From positions 1 to 17,684 of the forward strand of contig JAWSUI010000070.1 of the NCBI GenBank assembly GCA_033551855.1: a DNA stretch of 17,684 nucleotides, read 5' to 3'. This document shows positions 11,001-17,684 of this stretch, in pieces. Numbering within the stretch: the stretch's first letter is position 1; each line of letters begins with the position of its first letter. The translations under genes and the position numbers were made by a program. This DNA is from Deferrisomatales bacterium. GTDB taxonomy: Bacteria; Desulfobacterota; Deferrisomatia; Deferrisomatales; JACRMM01. The notes under the pieces are model-generated. The model saw only the letters and a list, made by a program, of their open reading frames with translations, was not told the DNA's origin and did no database searches.

Positions 11001-14000
11001 GCAGGCAATCTGTACATCGCAGATTCCGGCAACAACAGGGTGCGAAAAGTGGGGAAGGATGGGGTCATCGCGACCGTCGCAGGAACCGGGGTGAGGGGCT
11101 ATAACGGGGACGGGATCCAGGCCAAAGAGGCTGATCTTACCTACCCTCAAGACGTAGCGGTTGACGACGCAGGAAACCTGTACATAGTGCAAAATCAAGA
11201 GCATAGAATTAGAAAAGTGGACCCGAGTGGAATCATAACTACTGTGGCTGGTACAGGGCAGTCTGGGTACAATGGAGATGGCATTCAGGCTATTTCCGCT
11301 AGGCTGAATTTGCCAGGATATGTTGTGATAGATACTGATGGGAACATCATTATAGCGGATACGTTCAATCACAGGATTCGACGGGTAGGCATTGACGGCG
11401 TGATTGCCACCATTGCCGGGACAGGGTCGGCGGGCTACGACAGCGATGAGGTTCCTGCCGGTCTGGCTAGGCTGAACCATCCTTTCAGTATTGCCCTCGA
11501 CGAGAATGGGAATCTCTACATTGCCGATTTCGAGAATGCTCGGATCAGGAAGGTTGGCACAGACGGTATCATTTCTACTGTCGCTGGGATTGGGCGTGGC
11601 GGATACGGAGGCGACGGTGATTTCGCCGTTGCAGGAGAACTGAATGGGCCCCGGGGAATTGCTTTAGATTCAGATGGAAATATCTATATATCCGATTCCA
11701 TAAACAGCCGCATTAGAAGAGTGAGTCCAGAGACCCAGTTCGACATGTTGTCAGGCTATCCTGGACACAGAGTCTATGCAACCGACGGAGTCGCTCATGT
11801 GATGGGCCTGGAAGGCGAGCATCGGCTTTCTTTGGACTTCGTAACCGGTACGCCGGTCCAAAGCTTCGACTACGACGAATCTGGCCAACTCACCACAGTC
11901 ACCGACAAGGACGGGAACACAACAATCATCGAGCGCGGCCCGGACGGCGTGCCTACCGCGATCGTCTCACCGGACGGCCTGGTCACCTCGTTGGGCATCG
12001 ATGGGAGTCGCCACCTGAGGGAAGTGGTCTATCCCGACGGCTCCGGTTACCGGTTCGCGTACACGGCCGACGGCCGGATGACGGACGTGTGGGATCCGAA
12101 CGGGAATCACTTCACCCACGGGTTCGACGACGACGGAGCCCTCACGGAGGTGACCGACCCCGAAGGCGGCCGGTGGAGCTACGGGCACGGGGTGGACGCG
12201 GCCGGAACGATCCACACCCAGGAGGAGACGGGGGAGGGCAATGTCACCTCCTTCCGCGAGCGCACCGACTTCGGAGGCACCTACTCCCGGCTCACCACCT
12301 CGCCCTTCGGTGCGGAGACCGCGCACACCAGGGCAGGGGACGGCCGAAGCGTCTCGGAGGACACCGCCTGCGGCACCCGGGTCGAGCTCGCTTACGGGCT
12401 GGACCCCCACTACTGGCACACGGTCCTTCAGGGAACGACCACCGTGCTGCCCAGCGGGCTCGATCGAACGGTCTCCGTGGACCGCACCTACCAGGACACG
12501 GACGCCGACGGCGTTCCCGACCGAGTGACCGAGACGGTGCGCGTCAATGGGATGCCGTGGACGACGGTGAACGATGCGCGAAGCGGCACGGTCACCTCGA
12601 CCTCGCCCCAGGGTCGCACCGCGACGGCGGTCTACGATCCGGCGTCGCTGCGAGCCCTGCAGCTCTCGGTGCCGGGGTTGCTGCCGGTCTCCTACGGCTA
12701 CGACGCCCGGGGCCGTGTGGAGACCGTGACGGTGGGAAGCCGGACGACCTCCCTCGCTTACGACGCCAACGGCTACCCTGCCGCCGCGGTGACGCCGGAT
12801 GGCCGGACCATCGACTACCGTTTCGACGTGATGGGGCGGCTGCGGGAAGAGGCGCGGCCGGACGGCGCCGTGCTCCAGTACGACTACGACCCCAACGGCA
12901 ACCTCACCGTGCTCACCACCCCCCGCCTCCACGTTCACCGGTTCGCCTACACGGCCAACGACCAGCGCCGGAGCTATCTCGCACCCCTGTCGGGCTCCTA
13001 CGTGTATTCCTACGACACCGAGCGGAACCTCCAGACGGTGCGATCGCCCTCCGGCAGGCTCCTCACGAACCGGTACGCCAACGGGCTGCTCCAGAGCACC
13101 CAGACCCCCGAGGGAACCGTCACCTACTCCCACGACTGCGGAGGCCGCATCTCGGGGGCGGCCCTGGGGGCGGAGAGCGTCTCCCTCACCTTCGACGGGC
13201 CGTTGCTCACTTCCGACACCCGGCACGGGACCCTCAGCCAGACCCTTTCCTACGGGTACGACCACGACTTTCGGCTCACGTCCCTCCACTATGCCGGCGA
13301 GACCGAGACCTTCGGCTACGACCTCGACGGCCTGCTCGTCTCGGCAGGGGAACTTTCCGTCCACCGCAGCGCCCAGAACGGCCTCCCCGAAGCCGTTACC
13401 GGCGGAGCGGCCGAGCTCACGCGCGCCTTCAACGGCTACGGCGAGCTCGACGAGACGGCGTATGTCGTCGCCGGTCGCCCGGTGTTTCAGTGGCAGGTCG
13501 GCGAGCGCGACCCCGCAGGCAGGATCACCCGGAAGGTCGAGACGATCGGGGGAGGGACAACGGTCTGGGAGTATCTCTACGACGAGGCGGGGCGGCTCAC
13601 CGAGGTCACGAAAGACGCCGTCCCGGTCGAAACCTATTCCCACGACCTCAACGGCAACCGCACGCTGGAGGCCAACACCCTGCGAGGCATCGAGGCCCGA
13701 GGCTACGCCTACGACGCCGAGGACCGTGTCGTCACGGCCGGCGCAGAGGTCTACGCCTTCGACGAGGACGGGTTCCTGGAGCGGAAGACGACCGAAGCGG
13801 GGACCACGATCTACACCTACTCCTCCCGCGGAGAGCTGCTTCGGGTCGATCTCCCGGACGGGCGGGTCCTCACCTACGACCACGACCCCTTCGGCCGAAG
13901 GGTCGCCAAGCGGGTGAACGGCCAGATCGTCGAGAAGTACCTCTGGGCCGGCGCCAACCGGGGGCTCCTCGCCGTGTACGACGGCAGCGACGGGCTGATC

Positions 14001-14807
14001 GCCCGGTTCCGTTACGCGGACGACCGGGTGCCGGTCACGGTGACGGTTGCCGGGCAGACCTACCTCCTCGCCGCCGACCAGCTCGGCACCGTGAGGGCCG
14101 TGGCCGACACCCAAGGCAACGTGGTCAAACGCATCGACTACGACACCTTCGGCAACGTCCTCTACGACTCCAACCCGACCTTTCCCCTGCCCCTCGGCTT
14201 CGCCGGCGGCCTCCACGACCGCGACGCCGGCCTGGTGCGCTTCGGCGCCCGGGACTACGATCCCGCCCTCGGCCGATGGGTCGCCAAGGACCCGATCGAC
14301 TTCGCCGGTGGCGACGTGGTTCTCTACGGGTACGTGGCCGGAGACCCGGTGAACTTCACGGATCCCGATGGGCTGTGGGTTCAGTACGCAGCCTCGGCCG
14401 TGGTGGGAGCAGCATCCGGGGCTCTCATGGTATCTTTAACAACTCCGAATGCACCCTTTAGCGTGTATTTAGCGGCGGCAGGACTTGGAGCGGTGAGCGG
14501 TTTGGGTGCAGTCCATTTAGGACCGGGTATATTCTTGCAGTCTATGATAGGAGCCGGAGTTGGAACCGCCGGCTATTCGGCCACAACGATCCTGTCTGGT
14601 CAAAAGCCGAATGCGGCTGGTATCTGTTTCGCTGCAACGGGTGGTGCAATAGGCGGTGCGTTCAGCGGTCTCCAATCACAGAACTTGGCTATTAGCTTGG
14701 CAAGCACCTGGATATCTGGTGTGCGGGGTGCTGCATTTGGATGGCTAGGCCACAATTTACAGCAACAGGTTTCAGCTCATCCTCGAAGTGCGACGATAAT
14801 CCCCTAA
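8061..14807 (+). CDS. Secreted teneurin-like Rhs/YD-repeat protein with NHL propeller and C-terminal putative toxin domain (2248 aa)
   Basis: Signal peptide (...LLASVLALALALVLTRGAAAA), MopE-related motif (DRDGDGF...GDCDD...PGAEEVCDGRDNDCDG), Ig-like segment, two TSP3-like repeats (DEDGDGVPDRDDRCPGT), carboxypeptidase-regulatory-like domain (VTGLVQDRVGEPLAGVKV...TDADGRF), six NHL repeats, many YD repeats and Rhs core (FAGGLHDRDAGLVRFGARDYDPALGRWVAKDP...YGYVAGDPVNFTDPDGL). GTG start after AAGGAAGG. Confidence 0.93.
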   Translation: MKRPYGTRLPRRPLPHLLASVLALALALVLTRGAAAAWEEVVVFGPERFDRDVGAPRTEARDFAVPSQGQAFLLRVQNGSLDQGDLVSSAVVGLNGVTVFQQNDFRRNAQHLESPVHLGDLNRLEVWLASMPSSHLTVTVLAYYDPEDLDRDGDGFSPRQGDCDDTRPDVFPGAEEVCDGRDNDCDGIADNGCLADLTVSPSSIRFTGRGEARQLTVTGHYVAAGTADLTASSEGTFYGTSAPAVAGVSPEGLVTSEDHGEAVVHVSHGGFSAEVGVTVFLDEDGDGVPDRDDRCPGTAAGDPVDPWGCADAQLDDDGDGVSNAQDLCPGTPPGQAVDDTGCPLAPREPLPEGTFGKVYEDLIPEDATIGAYDPKRFSLVTGLVQDRVGEPLAGVKVAVHGSPQYGSALTDADGRFHLPMDGGATFTLSYEKAGLLTAHRQVQVPWNGVAVAETLAMLPADPAATAVAFTGNPADVVTHRGTPVTDDFGTRSATLVLTGDNRAWGRDAAGNEVELHEVTVRATEYDTPESMPAKLPPNTAYTYCAELAVDEAVSVRFEKPVVVYVDNFLGFDVGEIVPAGYYDRERAVWVPSENGVVVRLLDRNGDGVVDALDATGNGLPDDLDGSGSFADEVRGLGDAALYAAGKTYWRVEVTHFTPWDFNWPYGPPPGAIAPNPPAPPTAHPSLAVPLPGQTTPCTVNNSYTTPLDGTFHEDIPIPGTGMALHYASSRVPGRKTRITVPASGASLPGSLREILVHLEVAGRRFQSALPAAPNQKAEFAWDGFDVLGRSVRGVAMGKVSIGFVYEAVYYTAGEDFAQAFGQVGSRVTGIRARQELTVWKVAVLPVRTSYLGTGTLAEGWTLTPHHQSVPWSQGLFKGDGSLARGVGGQVIHTVAGTGEYGYSGDGAAAIDAKLSSPQGCAVDQAGNLYFADIGNHRIRKLAVDGTITTVAGGDRPGFQGDGDMATQSLLRFPTSVAVDAAGNLYIADSGNNRVRKVGKDGVIATVAGTGVRGYNGDGIQAKEADLTYPQDVAVDDAGNLYIVQNQEHRIRKVDPSGIITTVAGTGQSGYNGDGIQAISARLNLPGYVVIDTDGNIIIADTFNHRIRRVGIDGVIATIAGTGSAGYDSDEVPAGLARLNHPFSIALDENGNLYIADFENARIRKVGTDGIISTVAGIGRGGYGGDGDFAVAGELNGPRGIALDSDGNIYISDSINSRIRRVSPETQFDMLSGYPGHRVYATDGVAHVMGLEGEHRLSLDFVTGTPVQSFDYDESGQLTTVTDKDGNTTIIERGPDGVPTAIVSPDGLVTSLGIDGSRHLREVVYPDGSGYRFAYTADGRMTDVWDPNGNHFTHGFDDDGALTEVTDPEGGRWSYGHGVDAAGTIHTQEETGEGNVTSFRERTDFGGTYSRLTTSPFGAETAHTRAGDGRSVSEDTACGTRVELAYGLDPHYWHTVLQGTTTVLPSGLDRTVSVDRTYQDTDADGVPDRVTETVRVNGMPWTTVNDARSGTVTSTSPQGRTATAVYDPASLRALQLSVPGLLPVSYGYDARGRVETVTVGSRTTSLAYDANGYPAAAVTPDGRTIDYRFDVMGRLREEARPDGAVLQYDYDPNGNLTVLTTPRLHVHRFAYTANDQRRSYLAPLSGSYVYSYDTERNLQTVRSPSGRLLTNRYANGLLQSTQTPEGTVTYSHDCGGRISGAALGAESVSLTFDGPLLTSDTRHGTLSQTLSYGYDHDFRLTSLHYAGETETFGYDLDGLLVSAGELSVHRSAQNGLPEAVTGGAAELTRAFNGYGELDETAYVVAGRPVFQWQVGERDPAGRITRKVETIGGGTTVWEYLYDEAGRLTEVTKDAVPVETYSHDLNGNRTLEANTLRGIEARGYAYDAEDRVVTAGAEVYAFDEDGFLERKTTEAGTTIYTYSSRGELLRVDLPDGRVLTYDHDPFGRRVAKRVNGQIVEKYLWAGANRGLLAVYDGSDGLIARFRYADDRVPVTVTVAGQTYLLAADQLGTVRAVADTQGNVVKRIDYDTFGNVLYDSNPTFPLPLGFAGGLHDRDAGLVRFGARDYDPALGRWVAKDPIDFAGGDVVLYGYVAGDPVNFTDPDGLWVQYAASAVVGAASGALMVSLTTPNAPFSVYLAAAGLGAVSGLGAVHLGPGIFLQSMIGAGVGTAGYSATTILSGQKPNAAGICFAATGGAIGGAFSGLQSQNLAISLASTWISGVRGAAFGWLGHNLQQQVSAHPRSATIIP

Positions 14808-14850
14808 GGCAGTGCGGCTGGGGGAGTGCCTGCCATGTGAGGTGCCCTGA

Positions 14851-15141
14851 ATGAATTGTCTCGCCGTGCGACTGAAGTTCGGACTCCTACTTCTGTCAAT
14901 TATTGTGGGGGGATTGTTTTTGTTGGGAATTATTTCATATTTTTTTCTGGTACCATTAACGGATCTTGTCGTTTATTCATTGTTTGGTCACGATCAACAG
15001 GAGACGGATATTATACGGCTCGCAATTGGCTTTCTGTTTACCGTGCTTCCAGCATGTTTCTTGTTTTCTGTATTCCTTAACTCCAAGGCTGGCAAGAGAA
15101 TAACTTCAGCCATCCGATGCGGTGTTTTGCCCCGCCCTTGA
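14851..15141 (+). CDS. Putative immunity protein (96 aa, two predicted TM helices)
   Basis: Starts 43 bp after the Rhs stop with a GAGGTG RBS. Two long hydrophobic stretches. Low GC (22/60 in 14881-14940). Immunity role is inferred from position. Confidence 0.7.
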   Translation: MNCLAVRLKFGLLLLSIIVGGLFLLGIISYFFLVPLTDLVVYSLFGHDQQETDIIRLAIGFLFTVLPACFLFSVFLNSKAGKRITSAIRCGVLPRP

Positions 15142-15183
15142 GATGTCAGTGTGCTCTGACGAGAGGGTCGAAACCTTGGTCGG

Positions 15184-15208
15184 GTAGGGTCGCCTCGCCG
15201 AGGCGGCC
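15184..15208 (+). repeat. GTAG-type REP-like palindrome
   Basis: GTAG followed by GGTCGCCTC-GCC-GAGGCGGCC. Single copy in this window. Confidence 0.4.
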
Positions 15209-15233
15209 GCTCAAGGGCGCACCTCCCACAAGG

Positions 15234-15503
15234 ATGGTACCCAAGCGGCGGCGCCCCAAGCCCCCTGTGCTGTGAGCGGCCATGGCCACTTTCCGTTTCG
15301 GTGTTTCCGTCCTGACCAGCATGGTTTGTGTCAGGATCGGGTTCATCATCATCAACGACGGCGGGTTCGAGAGGGCCACCGGGGACTCGTATGATCTGGG
15401 AACAAGCGCCTTTGGCGTCGGTCTGTTGGTCTCCTTGTTGGGGGTGGCAGTCTTCGTGAACGCCGTTGTGCGCCAGTTCGGCACGAACCGAACCGCGAGG
15501 TGA
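15234..15503 (+). pseudogene. Small two-TM membrane protein ORF, possibly interrupted by an in-frame TGA (orphan-immunity-like relic)
   Basis: ATG 15234 reads MVPKRRRPKPPVL-TGA(15273)-AA, then continues in frame into the 73-aa hydrophobic ORF 15282-15503, whose own ATG has no obvious RBS. Confidence 0.35.
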
Positions 15504-16108
15504 GAAGCGGAAAACAGACGGTGAACGGCTGACATAGTAATGGCGTTGGAGGTCTTGTCCCTCTGCGTCCTCCGGTGCGCCAGGCCAAGCCTGGCCAATC
15601 TAGCTGACTGAAAGGTGTCAGCCATGCGAATTGCTCGTTCAGCATGTAGCCGCGACTCCCCGTGAAGGGTAACCGTAAGCGGGAAGCGCAGTCGGTCTCC
15701 GGCGCGGTCGAACCGGAGGCAAAGGGGAAAAACTCCCCGGACGGCAAAGACGCGAGCCCTAGTGATCGAACCCGATTCGGCCTCGTTACGCTTTCGGCAG
15801 TGGCCAGTCTCCCAGAGATGCTGAAGCCTGCCACCGGAAGGGAAGAAACGAGCAGATGCACCGACCGGACTGCCCGGGGTGGTTGGGGAGAGCGCGCGTC
15901 GAAAGATTGGTCGAGGAACCTGGGAGGCCCGGCGTGGCATCCGGGGCGGAGCATCGCCTCTCGGAAAACGCCAATGGGGAATCCATAACCCATCTGGCGG
16001 CCGCGGCCGGGAGTCAGTCGGCCCGTAGTAGCGAGGAAGCGGGGTAACGCCCGTGGAGCCAAGGGGCCGGACTTCAGTCATGTTTTCGTCAACGAGAGGA
16101 AGAGCCGC

Positions 16109-17455
16109 TTGAGCAGGCGCTCCACTACGGAAGAAGAGGCGCAAGGGTTCCAGCCGGAACCCGGGATGCCGCTGAAACTCTCCCTTCTGCGATGGAAACT
16201 GGGCCGCAAGGCCAAGCAAGAGCCGTCGTTTCGGTTTTACGCCCTGTATGACCGGTTGTACCGCCGCGACGTGCTGGAAACAGCATGGAAGCGGGTACGG
16301 GCGAACCAGGGGGCACCGGGAGTCGATGGAATACGCATCAAAGACATCGAGGCCAGGGAGGGAGGAGTGGGGGCGTTTCTGGATGAAGTGGAACAGGCGC
16401 TTCGCTCCAAGAGCTATGAGCCTCAGCCGGTGCTTCGCGTCTACATACCGAAGGCGAATGGAAAGTTGCGCCCCCTCGGTATACCTTGCATTCGGGACCG
16501 GGTGGTCGAGACGGCCTGGATGTTGATCGTGGAGCCGATCTTCGAGGTGGACTTCCTGGACTGTTCCCACGGGTTCCGGCCCGGGCGGCGAGCCCACGGA
16601 GCCATGGAGCAGATCCAGACAAACCTCAAAGAAGGGCGCTGCGAGATCTATGACGCAGACCTTTCGAGCTACTTCGACACCATCCCATGGGAGCCCCTGA
16701 TGGAGAAGGTGGGGCAGCGGATCGCGGACCGATCCATGCTGCACCTGCTGCGGATGTGGCTGCGAAGCCCGATCGTGGAGCAGGACGGCAAGGGAGGCGA
16801 AACCATCACGAAGCCCACGCGGGGGACCCCGCAGGGCGGCGTGATCTCGCCCCTTCTGGCCAACCTCTATCTTCACCAGTTGGACCAGGCGTTTTATGCA
16901 GAGGCACACGGACCGAACCGGGTGGCCAATGCGCGACTGGTGCGCTACGCAGACGACTTCGTGGTCCAGGCGCGATGGATGGGGCCTCGGGTCATCGGAT
17001 GGCTGGAAAAGAAGCTGGAAGGGGAGCTGGGATTGACCATCAACCGAGACAAGACGAGCATCGTGCGGATGCGGGGAGCAGGGCAGAGCCTGAACTTTCT
17101 GGGGTTCACCCTGCGCTACGACCGAGACTTGAAGGGAAGAGACCATCGGTACCTGAATATCTTCCCCTCGGAAAAGGCCGTGGCGAAGCTGCGGGACAAG
17201 ATCCGCGAGAAGACCCGTACAGGATATAAGAAGGCGCTTGGACCCGTCATCGTCGAGGTCAACGAGATCCTGCGAGGGTGGGCCAACTACTTCGGGTACG
17301 GCTACCCGCGAAAGGCGTTCCGAGGCGTCAACCACTTCGTGCGATGTCGGTTTCGGCGATTTCTGCGAAACCGGAGCCAACGGCGCAGCAAGCCCTTTCG
17401 GAAAGGCGAGACCCTGTATGCAGGACTGCACCGCTACGGCCTCGTCTATCTGTAG
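16109..17455 (+). CDS. ltrA: Group II intron reverse transcriptase/maturase lacking an endonuclease domain
   Basis: RT0 ([16 protein letters not shown]), [56 protein letters not shown] (16946), FLGF and domain X RGWANYF. No HNH C-terminus. TTG start after GAGAGGA. Confidence 0.97.
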   Translation: MSRRSTTEEEAQGFQPEPGMPLKLSLLRWKLGRKAKQEPSFRFYALYDRLYRRDVLETAWKRVRANQGAPGVDGIRIKDIEAREGGVGAFLDEVEQALRSKSYEPQPVLRVYIPKANGKLRPLGIPCIRDRVVETAWMLIVEPIFEVDFLDCSHGFRPGRRAHGAMEQIQTNLKEGRCEIYDADLSSYFDTIPWEPLMEKVGQRIADRSMLHLLRMWLRSPIVEQDGKGGETITKPTRGTPQGGVISPLLANLYLHQLDQAFYAEAHGPNRVANARLVRYADDFVVQARWMGPRVIGWLEKKLEGELGLTINRDKTSIVRMRGAGQSLNFLGFTLRYDRDLKGRDHRYLNIFPSEKAVAKLRDKIREKTRTGYKKALGPVIVEVNEILRGWANYFGYGYPRKAFRGVNHFVRCRFRRFLRNRSQRRSKPFRKGETLYAGLHRYGLVYL

Positions 17456-17509
17456 GCACTGCAACGCCTTCAACTCCTTGCGTCTGCCTTGGGGCGAGAG
17501 ACTGTCGGT

Positions 17510-17542
17510 GCGCCGGATGCGGGAAAGCCGCACGTCCGGTGC
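17510..17542 (+). ncRNA. Group II intron catalytic domain V
   Basis: GCGCCGGATGCGGGAAAGCCGCACGTCCGGTGC: D5 hairpin with GAAA-containing loop, AC bulge and a CGC triad. Confidence 0.92.
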
Positions 17543-17684
17543 GACGAGGAGGAGCAGGCATGAACGGGCATGGAGACCCTAAACGGAAGTTCCTGAAAAA
17601 TTCGTTCCTGAATCGAGGCGAACCCCCTGACTCACTTTCCGCAGGGTGGATTGCGCCCGTGGCGGAATTTCCTGGGGCGACTCA

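Larger units (their letters stand above)
15575..17584 (+). mobile_element. Group II intron (IIB-like, probably bacterial class F/E); 3' boundary unresolved
   Basis: 5' GTGCG at 15575, D3-like GTAGTAGCGAGGAAGCGGGGTAACGCCCGTGGAGCCAAGGGG near 16025-16066, RT ORF in D4, D5 hairpin at 17510-17542 and D6 5' arm GAGGAGGAGCAGG. End coordinate is approximate. Confidence 0.88.

Noticed and set aside
7761..14461. Long alternative-frame and antisense ORFs over the Rhs gene (7761-10358 -, 8000-9757 +, 10419-11480 -, 11967-14216 -, 12089-14461 +)
   Set aside because: Arg/Gly/Pro-rich or antisense-mirror translations typical of ~70% GC coding DNA; they overlap a well-supported gene.
16109..17455. RT as a DGR, retron or defence RT acting on the Rhs tip
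   Set aside because: It has RT0 and domain X and is embedded in intron RNA (GTGCG 5' end, D5). I saw no template/variable repeat pair, avd gene or msr-msd inverted repeats.
15146..17533. 795-aa minus-strand ORF spanning the intron
   Set aside because: It is codon-aligned antisense to the RT gene for most of its length, crosses the structured ribozyme domains and the intron boundary, and shows no recognisable motifs. Best explained as a shadow ORF, although its length is notable.

Overview
High-GC bacterial window; the gene content suggests a deltaproteobacterium-like host (inference only). Left half, core-like: the 3' end of a probable radical SAM gene and a rubrerythrin/ferritin-like di-iron gene. 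Next come an outer-membrane beta-barrel gene and a NifA-like GAF-AAA+-HTH sigma54 activator on the minus strand, bracketed by two inverted copies of a ~140-bp REP-doublet element. Divergent from these are glnA (type I glutamine synthetase) and a UPF0210/PFL-family gene. Right half, accessory: a 640-bp intergenic region with convergent sigma70-like promoters and a candidate two-hairpin antisense sRNA, then a 2248-aa signal-peptide-bearing teneurin-like Rhs/YD protein. That protein has Ca-binding Cys repeats, an Ig-like domain, a carboxypeptidase-regulatory-like domain, a 6-blade NHL propeller, a YD shell, a DPDG-L autoproteolysis motif and a Gly/Ala-rich hydrophobic C-terminal cargo. It is followed by a low-GC 2-TM immunity candidate, a degenerate small membrane ORF and a group II intron (RT/maturase, no endonuclease) whose canonical 3' end is not visible in the window.
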